Positions 41,323 through 51,090 of a stretch of 64,000 nt of DNA are shown piece after piece. Under the pieces are notes generated by a model that searched no databases, was not told where the DNA came from, and worked only from the letters and a program-made list of their open reading frames with translations. The position numbers and the translations under genes were made by a program. How positions within the stretch are numbered: position 1 is the stretch's first letter; the number at the start of each line of letters is the position of its first letter. The DNA comes from Desulfatiglandales bacterium. Its GTDB lineage: Bacteria > Desulfobacterota > DSM-4660 > Desulfatiglandales > HGW-15. The stretch spans positions 160,001-224,000 of the forward strand of contig CAXXJJ010000004.1 of assembly GCA_963667015.2 (NCBI GenBank), read 5' to 3'.

Positions 41323-41490
41323 ATGAAAAATATATATCTTTTAATCGTTCGGATTATAATGTCACTTGTGATTGCATCATTGATAAGCCTGATCTTTTTT
41401 AATGGCATTCATCCTTTTAAAACACCTGCACTGGCTGCCGGATTACTGTTTTTCGCCTATATATTTGCACAGTCCAGAAATAAAGAATAA
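41323..41490 (+). CDS. Small two-TM membrane protein (55 aa; absent from ORF track)
   Basis: ATG 41323 to TAA 41490, MKNIYLLIVRIIMSLVIASLISLIFFNGIHPFKTPALAAGLLFFAYIFAQSRNKE; fills the gap between adjacent genes. Confidence 0.65.
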   Translation: MKNIYLLIVRIIMSLVIASLISLIFFNGIHPFKTPALAAGLLFFAYIFAQSRNKE

Positions 41491-41495
41491 ATACT

Positions 41496-44060
41496 CTATC
41501 CGCCAAAATGTGAGAGGGAATATAATCTCTTGATAAATTCGGATAGATTGTCATAATCCGCTTCCCTGTTTCCCGACTTCTCATCTTCAACCGGCAGAAG
41601 TATATTCTTGTTTATATAAGTAACTGCGTTTTGAAAATTCACACGTGAGATCGCGCTTATATGATCGATAATGCCTGATTTATAGTATTTTTTTCCCATG
41701 TTGATAGTCTGTTTGAGGAGGTTGTCGCCCTTCAGTTTTTCATCCCTGGACTGCATAATAACGTTTGCTGCAATCCAGTATGATTCGATAAATGTCCTTG
41801 CCAGTGAAGCACATGAAGATAATTTATCAAATCCGGATTTTGTAACAGAAAAACCTTCGGTTTCCGGGGTATATTTTAGAAAACCCTCTTCCTGGAAATA
41901 TCGGATTATCGAGGCGGTCTTTTCTCCGATATCCTTACCCTCTTCAAATAAAAACTCATTATTGAACGTCTCTCTCAGAAAAGTAAAAACAGACATGATC
42001 GTTTTCGGGTTATTCTCTTCCTCCGACCTGGCGAGCAGTGCTGTTGCAACAAAGGAATGGTCTATAAAAAAATGAATGATACTGTTTTTATAATATTCCA
42101 GTTCCAGCTTATTATCATCCTGAATAAAGTAAAAAATCTTCTCATCGCCTGAAGGTTCATCTATATGTTCAATAATATTCCATTCAGTTAAAAGCCCTAT
42201 TGAAACATCAATAGCCTTTTCTATATCTTCGAAATCATTGGAAAGAGGGGCTTCCGTCTTCCTTGCAAGCTTCAGGTAGAGTTCAACGGTCTCCCTTAGC
42301 TCCGATAAATAAAAACCCTTGCGATGTGATGTTAATATGGCCGTGCTTATAAGTGAGAGGGGAGTGATAAGAGTAACCCTGTTTATTGAATTGGCAACAT
42401 GAAAAGCCAGGTTTCTGTGCAGCTCACCGGAAGGGAGATTTTCTTCAGATGCCGTATATTCCCTGAGCGAAAAGGGCTTGTGGAAACGTATATATATTTT
42501 TCCATAGCTGCTTTTCAGGAAGCGCCTTGCCCGGATAACCTGTTTAAAATTTTCACTCTCCTTAATACCACCTCCCAGCTCGTTCCTGTATGATCTTTCT
42601 TCCAGTACTCTGTCATAAATCACTGATGTGGGCACAAATATGAGGTCATTGCAGTAGCCCTGTTCATAACCCTGCAGGATAATGGATAAAAAACCTGTTT
42701 TGGGCTGTACCAGTTTGCCGTTTCTGCTCCGCCCCCCTTCAATATAGAACTGGATTGGGTAACCATCCTGCAGAAGGGCCTTTACATACCGGGAAAAAAC
42801 CTCTGCGTAAAGCTTTGCCCCCTGAAAAGAACGCCTTATAAAAAAGGCCCCGGATTTCCTGAAGATATGCCCCATTGGCCAGAAGGCAAGATTCTGCCCT
42901 GCGGCAATCCTTGGTATATGCATGTTGTTGTAATAAAGGATGTAATTAAGTACCAGATAGTCAATATGGCTTTTATGTGAAGGAATATATATCAGCGGAC
43001 CTTTTCTTGCCCATTCTCTTATCTCGGCAAGTTCCGAAGGGATTGTATCAATCCCGTTAAAAATCTTTTTCCATAACCATGACAGGGCTATGCGAAAAAA
43101 CATTACATATGAGCTGTTATAATCAGCAGCGATTTCATCAAAATATTCTCCGGCCTTTTTTCTTTTTTCGGTTATTTTCTTAGGGGCACCGTCAGACATC
43201 TTGTCTATGAGTTTATTTATATTTCTGTCCTGCAGTACTATTTCCTTGAGCTGCTGGCGGGATTTCATTATGGGGCCCAGAATAATCCGTTTCTGGCTGT
43301 CGATCCTGCTGATCAGTTCTTCTTTCAGCTCAAGGGTTATCTGTTCCATTGGTTTTTCTTCAGCCTGTTCTTCAAGATAGATTTTAAGATTGATAGCCTC
43401 TGCAAAATCAATAAAGGTTGATCTTGAGTATCTGAAGAACAGGATTATCTTTCTGACTGTTCCAAGGTTATCTTTGAATCCGAAAAAGATATCCCGCAGT
43501 CTGAAACCTTCCTTTTCAGGCGACCGTTTAAATAGAATAAGCTGTGGTATTATAAAGATTGGAGTCTCTGTCTTTTTCTGCTGTTCAAGTATAAAATGCA
43601 GGTTGTTTATCTCGGATTTTAAAAAGGCCTTTGAAAATCCGGATGGATCGAGCAGGGTAACCAGTGAAGGTATCTTTCTTCTTAGAGAATTTTCATAGAA
43701 ACCTGAATTATAGGGCCCAGGGATCTTTCCATAGCGGAGATAAGCTGAAATACCGGAAAAAATGACCCTGAAAAATTCTCCCAGGGGAAGCACAAGCGAA
43801 AGATTGATTCCGAATGTTACCCTGGGGTAGGGGAGTCTCCGCATTCTCATTGCAAAGTGATAGAGCAGAAAATCAAGGATTCCGCTGTATTTTATTGCAT
43901 ATACAATTGTTCCCTCTCTCTGCATTTTTTTAAGAGGGCCCTTTATGCTTTCATCCAGTTTTACCTTTTTAAAAAGGCGGTAGAAAAACCATCCCAGAAA
44001 GAAAACCGGTTTGTAATCAAAAAAATATGGAAAGCTCAATTTTTTTCTTTTTTTATTCAT
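41496..44060 (-). CDS. plsB: Glycerol-3-phosphate acyltransferase (PlsB family)
   Basis: PSHKSHIDY, IAAG.NL, GAFFIRR, FYIEGGRSR.GK. Confidence 0.85.
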   Translation of the reverse strand: MNKKRKKLSFPYFFDYKPVFFLGWFFYRLFKKVKLDESIKGPLKKMQREGTIVYAIKYSGILDFLLYHFAMRMRRLPYPRVTFGINLSLVLPLGEFFRVIFSGISAYLRYGKIPGPYNSGFYENSLRRKIPSLVTLLDPSGFSKAFLKSEINNLHFILEQQKKTETPIFIIPQLILFKRSPEKEGFRLRDIFFGFKDNLGTVRKIILFFRYSRSTFIDFAEAINLKIYLEEQAEEKPMEQITLELKEELISRIDSQKRIILGPIMKSRQQLKEIVLQDRNINKLIDKMSDGAPKKITEKRKKAGEYFDEIAADYNSSYVMFFRIALSWLWKKIFNGIDTIPSELAEIREWARKGPLIYIPSHKSHIDYLVLNYILYYNNMHIPRIAAGQNLAFWPMGHIFRKSGAFFIRRSFQGAKLYAEVFSRYVKALLQDGYPIQFYIEGGRSRNGKLVQPKTGFLSIILQGYEQGYCNDLIFVPTSVIYDRVLEERSYRNELGGGIKESENFKQVIRARRFLKSSYGKIYIRFHKPFSLREYTASEENLPSGELHRNLAFHVANSINRVTLITPLSLISTAILTSHRKGFYLSELRETVELYLKLARKTEAPLSNDFEDIEKAIDVSIGLLTEWNIIEHIDEPSGDEKIFYFIQDDNKLELEYYKNSIIHFFIDHSFVATALLARSEEENNPKTIMSVFTFLRETFNNEFLFEEGKDIGEKTASIIRYFQEEGFLKYTPETEGFSVTKSGFDKLSSCASLARTFIESYWIAANVIMQSRDEKLKGDNLLKQTINMGKKYYKSGIIDHISAISRVNFQNAVTYINKNILLPVEDEKSGNREADYDNLSEFIKRLYSLSHFGG

Positions 44061-44185
44061 CGCCCGGTATCATATCCCCTATAAACAGGATTAATTCGCT
44101 ATAATTAAAGTTATATTGACAAACATATGAGTATGTACAAGAATATAATTAACCTGAAAACAAAATAATTTCAAGGGAGACAAGA

Positions 44186-44686
44186 ATGTTAAAACCAATG
44201 ACCATATCTAAACTGACAATGGATCCAATAACGAACAGTCCTATTGTTATCCTGAAAGAGGTCGATGGTGATAAAACCCTTCCAATCTGGATAGGTCTTA
44301 TGGAAGCAACCGCTATTGCAAGCAAGATGGAAAAGATAGATTTTGACAGGCCGATGACTCATGATCTATTAAAAAATATACTCGAAATGGTTGACGTAAA
44401 GGTTGATAAAATTGAGATCTGTGATCTGAAAAATAATGTATATTATGCGCTTATCCACATCTTCCACAACGGGAATGAGATTCAGATTGATGCAAGACCA
44501 AGCGATGCCCTGGCATTATCATTGAGAGTAAATGCCCCTGTATTTGTTGCAGAGGAAGTAATCGACAAATCAAAACATATTGACCTCATGAGTGCCGAGC
44601 CGGAAGTAAAGACTGAAGAGGGTAAAAAATGGCAGGAAATACTGGAAAATCTCAATCCTGAAGATTTCGGCAAATACAAGATGTAA
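44186..44686 (+). CDS. Bifunctional nuclease family (DUF151)
   Basis: LPIWIG..EA.AI, RPMTHDL, DARPSDA.ALS. Confidence 0.92.
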   Translation: MLKPMTISKLTMDPITNSPIVILKEVDGDKTLPIWIGLMEATAIASKMEKIDFDRPMTHDLLKNILEMVDVKVDKIEICDLKNNVYYALIHIFHNGNEIQIDARPSDALALSLRVNAPVFVAEEVIDKSKHIDLMSAEPEVKTEEGKKWQEILENLNPEDFGKYKM

Positions 44687-44690
44687 AATA

Positions 44691-45347
44691 ATGATAGACC
44701 TTCACACACACTCCATATTCAGTGACGGCGTACTGATACCTGCAGAACTGGTAAGACGATATGAATCATACGGCTATGATGCTGTTGCAATTACCGATCA
44801 TGCTGATCAGTCCAATATCGATTTCATTATCCCGAGGATAATCAGGATAGCTGAAATTCTTAACAGTGCACAGTCTGTCACAGTGGTTCCGGGGATTGAG
44901 ATCACACATGTTCCTCCCTCCCTTATTCCTGATACGGTTAAACAGGCAAGGGATCTTGGAGCCGGGATAGTTGTTCTTCACGGCGAAACAATAGCAGAGC
45001 CGGTCGCCCCGGGGACAAATATGGCAGGGATTGAATCCGGCGTAGATATCCTTGCCCATCCGGGTCTTATAACCCCTGAAGAAGCAAAACTTGCTGCAGA
45101 AAACGGTGTATATATCGAGATAACTGCAAGAGCCGGACACAGCCTTACAAACGGACATGTGGCAAAAATTGCCCAATCAGCCGGTGCCGGTATGGTGCTA
45201 AATTCCGATTGCCATGAACCGGGGAATATTTTAACAGAGGTTTTTGCCCGAAAGGTTGTAACAGGAGCCGGACTCCCCGATAATTCACTGTCTGCATTTT
45301 TATCCAATTCACGCAGCTTAATTAAAAAAGCCGGGTACACAGTATAA
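44691..45347 (+). CDS. PHP-domain phosphoesterase (histidinol-phosphatase-like)
   Basis: DLHTHS.FSDG, AITDH, HGET, LAHPG, SDCH. Confidence 0.88.
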   Translation: MIDLHTHSIFSDGVLIPAELVRRYESYGYDAVAITDHADQSNIDFIIPRIIRIAEILNSAQSVTVVPGIEITHVPPSLIPDTVKQARDLGAGIVVLHGETIAEPVAPGTNMAGIESGVDILAHPGLITPEEAKLAAENGVYIEITARAGHSLTNGHVAKIAQSAGAGMVLNSDCHEPGNILTEVFARKVVTGAGLPDNSLSAFLSNSRSLIKKAGYTV

Positions 45348-45419
45348 TATTTTTTTCCTGCCCCGCTTTGAATCAGCGATATTCTTATACCTTAATTAAT
45401 CCATGGGAACTTTTCACAG

Positions 45420-46925
45420 ATGAAGCTTGGTATTAAAAAAAGACAGATCTTCAATATTTCAGGAGTATTAATCATTGCCTTCTGGATTGCAATGCTGTCT
45501 CTGCTTGTAAAAAAGCAGTATCTCCCTCAGGACTCATTGCCGGGTATAGAAGAAAGTCAGACCGAACCTGGAAAGGCAAGGCAGACATGGAAAGAGATAT
45601 TCCTTAAGGGTAAAAAGGTTGGATATTCGATAAACACCATAAATCAATTTGAAAAGGATTACTATATCCAGGACGAGTTGTATTTAAAACTGAACCTTAT
45701 GGGTTTTGAAAAGGGATTATATACAATTACTCAATCCAGTGTGGACAGCAACTTCAGGTTGAAAAATTTCTACTTCAAGATAAATTCAGGTGTCATCAAT
45801 TACAGTATTTTCGGTAAGGTCGAGGGAAATACCTTAAAGATTAAGAACGGAACCGGCAGACAGGCAAAGACAACAGAACTGAAACTTACAGAAATCCCCA
45901 TGATAAGCAGCGGTATTGACCAGCTGTTCAGAAAGATCACGCTTACCCCGGGTGACAGCCACAGATTGTCATTCTTTGATCCCTCAACAATGACCCAGAA
46001 AGAGGCTATCTTTAATGTAAGGGCCAGGGAGAAAATCAGGATAAATTACATGGAGTATGATACTTGGCGGGTTGAGAGCGAGATGTGGGGAAATAAACTG
46101 ACCTTCTGGGTGGATATGAACGGTGGGGACATACTTAAGGAAGAAGGCTTTATGGGTCTTACCATGGTTAAATCAAGCGCCGCAAATGCCCCTGCGAATC
46201 TTGAAGAGGGTTCCGATGACTTCTACGAGATTACTTCTGTTGAAATGGACAAAAAACTGCCAAGGGCAGACAGGATTACCAGGCTCAAGATTAAACTGGA
46301 GGGTATTGAAGATACAGACTTTGACCGGTCAGGCTTAAGCAGTGACAGACAGGAATTCAGCGATAACGTAGTTACTGTGACCAGGGAAAGGGAACCTTTC
46401 CGGCTTGAATATAATGTTCCATATTCAGGAGATGATGTTGAAATAAAAAAATATCTCGCACCTGAATTCAATATCCAGAGTGATGATATAGAAATAATTG
46501 AAAAGGCAAAAGAGATCGCCGGAAAAGCAAGGACGCCTGTTGATGTATCAAAAAAGATGACACAATGGGTTTACTCAAACCTTTCAAAGCAGCCTGTAGT
46601 GAGTATCCCCAGCGCCCTGGAGGTCCTGCATTCAAAGACCGGTGACTGTAATGAACATGCGACCCTGCTTACTGCATTACTGAGAGCTGCAGGCGTACCT
46701 GCAAGGATATCGGTCGGACTGGTATATCTGAGAGAAAGGTTTTTTTATCATGCATGGGTGGAGGCATATACCGGACAGTGGATTACAATGGACCCCACCC
46801 TTAATCAGATGCCTGCCGATGCTACACATATAACTCTTTTAAGGGGTAATATCGATAAACAGGTTGAGATCATGGCGCTTATCGGGAAACTGAAAATTGA
46901 GGTGGTGGACTTTGAATATTATTGA
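45420..46925 (+). CDS. Membrane-anchored transglutaminase-like domain protein
   Basis: N-terminal TM; catalytic GDCNEH, YHAWVE, W..MDPT. Confidence 0.88.
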   Translation: MKLGIKKRQIFNISGVLIIAFWIAMLSLLVKKQYLPQDSLPGIEESQTEPGKARQTWKEIFLKGKKVGYSINTINQFEKDYYIQDELYLKLNLMGFEKGLYTITQSSVDSNFRLKNFYFKINSGVINYSIFGKVEGNTLKIKNGTGRQAKTTELKLTEIPMISSGIDQLFRKITLTPGDSHRLSFFDPSTMTQKEAIFNVRAREKIRINYMEYDTWRVESEMWGNKLTFWVDMNGGDILKEEGFMGLTMVKSSAANAPANLEEGSDDFYEITSVEMDKKLPRADRITRLKIKLEGIEDTDFDRSGLSSDRQEFSDNVVTVTREREPFRLEYNVPYSGDDVEIKKYLAPEFNIQSDDIEIIEKAKEIAGKARTPVDVSKKMTQWVYSNLSKQPVVSIPSALEVLHSKTGDCNEHATLLTALLRAAGVPARISVGLVYLRERFFYHAWVEAYTGQWITMDPTLNQMPADATHITLLRGNIDKQVEIMALIGKLKIEVVDFEYY

Positions 46926-47673
46926 ACTCGTTGAACTTACCAAATTGTACAAAGGGTTAAGGGCAGTAGACAATATAAGCCTGCAGGTAAAAAAGGGTAT
47001 AGTTTTCGGCTTCCTTGGCCCCAACGGAGCCGGAAAAACAACCACTCTCAAGATGATGGCCGGTATCCTCAAGCCTACCAGTGGAAAAGTAGTCATAGAC
47101 GGTATGGACCTCACAATGAACCCTGAGGGTGTAAAAAGAATATGCGGGTTTATACCTGACAGGCCTTATATCTACGAAAAACTTACAGGGCATGAATTTC
47201 TTCGATTTACCGGAGGGCTCTATGGTCTTAATCATGATACCCTGGATAACAGAATAACTGAGCTCCTGGAGTTGTTTGAATTGAGCCACTGGTCTGATGA
47301 GCTTGTAGAGAGCTATTCCCACGGAATGAAACAGAGACTTGTGATGTGTTCATCCCTGATACATGATCCCAAGGTAATTATTGTTGATGAACCAATGGTG
47401 GGCCTGGATCCTAAAGGAGCAAGACTTGTGAAGGATATTTTCAGGAACGAGGCAAAAAAAGGGAAAACGGTTTTTGTCTCAACCCACTCACTGGATATAG
47501 CCCAGGAAATATGCAGCGAGATAGCCATAATTCAGACCGGTAGAATAATTGCTACAGGAAGCGCCGGAGATCTTAAAAAACAGGCGGGTATAGACGGAAA
47601 TCTTGAGAACGTATTTTTAAAATTAACAGAGGGGCCGATGCTGGCACATGAAAAATCTCTTTCTACTTCTTAG
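46912..47673 (+). CDS. ABC transporter ATP-binding protein
   Basis: GPNGAGKTT, YSHGMKQR, VDEP; probable TTG start at 46912. Confidence 0.93.
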   Translation: MNIIELVELTKLYKGLRAVDNISLQVKKGIVFGFLGPNGAGKTTTLKMMAGILKPTSGKVVIDGMDLTMNPEGVKRICGFIPDRPYIYEKLTGHEFLRFTGGLYGLNHDTLDNRITELLELFELSHWSDELVESYSHGMKQRLVMCSSLIHDPKVIIVDEPMVGLDPKGARLVKDIFRNEAKKGKTVFVSTHSLDIAQEICSEIAIIQTGRIIATGSAGDLKKQAGIDGNLENVFLKLTEGPMLAHEKSLSTS

Positions 47674-49339
47674 CCCCAGAATCCTGGCTTTTAAAAACAG
47701 CCTTAAAGGATCAAACACCGGTGTAAGGAAAAAGGCCTTAATCATGGCGTTTGTAGGCCTGGGTTTCTGGGCGCTCATGTTTATTTTTTCCTCCCGGGTC
47801 CTTAATTATTTCAGGTCAACCGAAATAATAGGGGATATACTGGCCCATAGCCTGCTTTCAATGGTCTTTTTAACATTTTTCAGCCTTCTTATTTTCAGCA
47901 ACATCATCACGTCGTTATCCAATCTATACCTTTCCGCTGATCTTGAGCTCTGCCATTCTTCCCCGGCCTGTCTTGAAGAGGTATTCATAAGCAGGGCAGC
48001 CTTTACAGTGCTTGACAGTTCCTGGATGGTGATAATCTTCGGACTGCCCATCATGATGGCATACGGATGGGTGTTTGAACCCGGTTTAAATTTTTATTTT
48101 AATCTCATGCACCTGGGGCTGGCCCTTTCAATAATTGCCTCAGGAATAGGCATCCTTATTACCGTGATTATGGTAAGCATCTTTCCTGCCCAGAAGACAA
48201 GGGATATTATTATGCTTTTCATGATCTTTGTCATAATAGGTCTCTATATAATGTTCAGGATATTAAGGCCCGAGAGACTGGTAGATCCGGATGCATTTTT
48301 CAGTATCATGCAGTATGTAAGTGTGCTCCAGGCCCCTGACCATCCTTTTCTGCCCACACACTGGATTACCGAAGTCCTGTGGGCCAATATCAGGGACAGT
48401 GAGGGTAATAACGTCTTTAATATTCTTTTATTATGGAGCTCTGCAGGCGCCCTTGTGGTTATCAATGTCTGGCTGGCAGGATTTGTTTATTTTTCGGGAT
48501 TTTCAAAATCCCAGGAGGCGAAAAGGAGACGGGCAGGGAAGGGGATACTTGATACTGTTGTAAGGCTGATAAGAAAACCTGTTGGTGATGATCTGGCGTC
48601 CATTCTCGAAAAAGACCTGAGAAATTTTTTCAGGGATAATACCCAGTGGTCACAGCTTCTTCTTCTTGCGGCGCTTGTAGTTGTATATCTGTATAATTTC
48701 AGCGTACTGCCCCTCGAAAGAAGCGCCATGAGGCTTGATTTTTTGCAGAATACCATAGCCTTTTTAAATCTTGGACTGGCGACTTTTGTGCTCGCATCTG
48801 TATCAGTCCGGTTCATATTTCCTGCCGTAAGCGCAGAGGGGAAATCATTCTGGATTATACAGTCATCACCCATAACTATTAAAAGATTCCTGCTGGGTAA
48901 ATATCTCATTTATATAATGCCCATGCTTATTCTTGGTGAAGTGCTCATAATAATGACAAACCGGCTGCTGGATGTTTCATCTTTTATGATGATTCTTTCA
49001 GCTTCCACCATGTTTTTTGCCGTATTTGCCCTTGTCTCCCTTGGTATCGGTATGGGTGCAATGTACCCTAAATTCAGGTTTGAAAATATTGCACAGGTTG
49101 CAACCGGTTTTGGCGGACTGATCTATATGATGATGAGCGCCCTTTATATGGCGGTCATTATTATCCTGGAGTCCGGGCCGGTTTATATTATTTTTATGGC
49201 AAATCTCAGGCACAGGGCATTAACCTGGGGGCAATGGATGATGATAACAGTCGCCTTTATTCTTGTGATTGCAATTACTGCATTTACGATCTATAAACCT
49301 ATGAAAATGGGAATGGATGCCCTTACAAAGTACGAATAA
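47648..49339 (+). CDS. ABC-2-type exporter permease
   Basis: Many TM helices; S.EG..FWI..SSP motif; follows the ABC ATPase. Confidence 0.85.
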   Translation: MKNLFLLLSPRILAFKNSLKGSNTGVRKKALIMAFVGLGFWALMFIFSSRVLNYFRSTEIIGDILAHSLLSMVFLTFFSLLIFSNIITSLSNLYLSADLELCHSSPACLEEVFISRAAFTVLDSSWMVIIFGLPIMMAYGWVFEPGLNFYFNLMHLGLALSIIASGIGILITVIMVSIFPAQKTRDIIMLFMIFVIIGLYIMFRILRPERLVDPDAFFSIMQYVSVLQAPDHPFLPTHWITEVLWANIRDSEGNNVFNILLLWSSAGALVVINVWLAGFVYFSGFSKSQEAKRRRAGKGILDTVVRLIRKPVGDDLASILEKDLRNFFRDNTQWSQLLLLAALVVVYLYNFSVLPLERSAMRLDFLQNTIAFLNLGLATFVLASVSVRFIFPAVSAEGKSFWIIQSSPITIKRFLLGKYLIYIMPMLILGEVLIIMTNRLLDVSSFMMILSASTMFFAVFALVSLGIGMGAMYPKFRFENIAQVATGFGGLIYMMMSALYMAVIIILESGPVYIIFMANLRHRALTWGQWMMITVAFILVIAITAFTIYKPMKMGMDALTKYE

Positions 49340-49358
49340 AATCCGGAGCTGAACCTAA

Positions 49359-50414
49359 ATGTTTAATCACGAGTATGTTGGAAATATTCACATACATTCC
49401 TACCATTCCGATGGGAAGGGCAGTTATGCTGAGATAGCCGGCAAGGCAGTTAAGCAGGGCATTGATTTTATATGTTTTAATGATCATAGTTATATGCATA
49501 AACATTTCAGCCTGGATGAAGAGGGCCTATATGACAAGCTTACCCTCATCATCGGTGCGGAGATAGGTGAAAAGGACCATCACTACCTTGCCTATAATCT
49601 TACCGAACTTCCTGATTGCGAGAATGCATCACCCCAGGAGATGATCGACAGGGTCAATGAAAAGGGTGGGTTCGGGTTTATGGCTCATCCCTTTGAAAAG
49701 GGTATGCCTTTTATGGAAAAATCCGTCACCTACCGATGGACCGATCTGTCTGTAACCGGTTTTACAGGTATATGCATATGGAATTTTTCATCCAGGTGGA
49801 AAGAAAATATTAAGACATTTTTTCACGGTCTCTTTCACCTTGTTTTCAAGAAGCAGGGGCTCAAGGGGCCAAGCAGAGAAACCCTGTCGTTCTGGGACAG
49901 GCTCTGCCAGGAGAGAAAGGTCGTTGCAGTAGGAGGGTCGGATGCCCACGGAACAACCTTCAAACTTGGGTTTATCAAGGCAACCGTGCTGTCATATGAT
50001 TTTCTCTTAAACTCCATTAATATCCATGTATTCCTCAACAAAAAGATATTCAAGGATTTCAAGGCAGCTAAAAACGATATATTCGAGGCCATGAAGGCAG
50101 GACGCCTCTTTATAGCAAATGACAGGCTGTGCAATGCAAGGGGTTTCAAGTTCTGCTATCTGTCGGATGATGGTTCGGATCTACTCATGGGTGAAGAGGA
50201 AAACTTCAGCGGCCCGGGTAACCTTATGGTAGAGCTCCCGTCCAGGGGCGAAATAAGGCTGATAAAGAATGGCGAAACTGTTACCACATTCAGGGGAATG
50301 GATGCGGTTTATCCTGTAAGTGAAAAGGGGGTATACAGGGTAGAGGTATACAAGCATGTGCCCATGTTCGGATGGCGGCCCTGGATATTTACAAACCCGA
50401 TCTATTTAAGATAA
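49359..50414 (+). CDS. PHP-domain metallohydrolase (CehA/McbA-like)
   Basis: GNIHIHS.HSDG, NDH, AHP, GGSDAH, C-terminal YRVE...W.FTNPIY. Confidence 0.8.
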   Translation: MFNHEYVGNIHIHSYHSDGKGSYAEIAGKAVKQGIDFICFNDHSYMHKHFSLDEEGLYDKLTLIIGAEIGEKDHHYLAYNLTELPDCENASPQEMIDRVNEKGGFGFMAHPFEKGMPFMEKSVTYRWTDLSVTGFTGICIWNFSSRWKENIKTFFHGLFHLVFKKQGLKGPSRETLSFWDRLCQERKVVAVGGSDAHGTTFKLGFIKATVLSYDFLLNSINIHVFLNKKIFKDFKAAKNDIFEAMKAGRLFIANDRLCNARGFKFCYLSDDGSDLLMGEEENFSGPGNLMVELPSRGEIRLIKNGETVTTFRGMDAVYPVSEKGVYRVEVYKHVPMFGWRPWIFTNPIYLR

Positions 50415-50498
50415 GGCAAAAAAAACAAGTTTTTGGATGAATACAGATAATATAGCTTGACATAAATCTGTCATGTTATTAAAAAGCCATAATTAACT

Positions 50499-50586
50499 GC
50501 CTGGGTGGCGGAATTGGTAGACGCAAGGGACTTAAAATCCCTCGGGGAATTTCCCCGTACGAGTTCGATTCTCGTCCTAGGCACCA
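50499..50586 (+). tRNA. tRNA-Leu(TAA)
   Basis: GCCTGGG...CCTAGGCACCA, anticodon loop CT-TAA-AA, variable arm, GTTCGATTC. Confidence 0.97.
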
Positions 50587-50594
50587 GAAATAAC

Positions 50595-50630
50595 AAGGGT
50601 TTCAGCAATTTTGTTGAAGCCCTTTTTCTT
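50595..50630 (+). terminator. Intrinsic terminator after tRNA-Leu
   Basis: AAGGGTTTCAGCAA/TTGTTGAAGCCCTT hairpin with U-tract. Confidence 0.75.
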
Positions 50631-51090
50631 TGCGTTGGATGGTACTGTAATTATTAGGTAAACTCTTATAGAAACTCTAAGAGGCTTATCAGTAAAGGCT
50701 CTTACTTTGGGTGGCATGGATGTGCTTAGGGTACCATCGGAGAGCCTCGAATCCGGCACCAAGTTACTCAGGATGCCTCGCCTTACGCTTTAACTGAATA
50801 GAGTAATTGCCCCTGAAAACAGTGTGGCTGAATTAGAAAGCCTAAAGAGTGGTTGAGGTCGTAGAACGACTTTGAAGGCTTCTCCTGAAGTTTGGCTCTG
50901 AGTTTATTAAGTTATTTATTCGCATAATATAAAGTATAGAGAAAGGTCAAATAGAGTTGAAATAGTGGTTTAAAAATGTAATATCAAAGTAGAGTTTGAC
51001 TTTAACGTAACAGCGCCATTTGATAGATATTACAGAAATGACTTAATGTGATAACTTTAAACATTTCCTTTTTGAAGAGAAACTACAAAC

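Noticed and set aside
44174..44181. AGGGAGAC in the DUF151 ribosome-binding site, complementary to sRNA GTCTCCCT
   Set aside because: An 8-nt match to an anti-SD loop is expected by chance at many SD sequences.
50746..50761. att-site duplicate of the tRNA-Leu 3' end
   Set aside because: Only GGCACCA and a partial T-loop match, too short to call, and no integrase is present.
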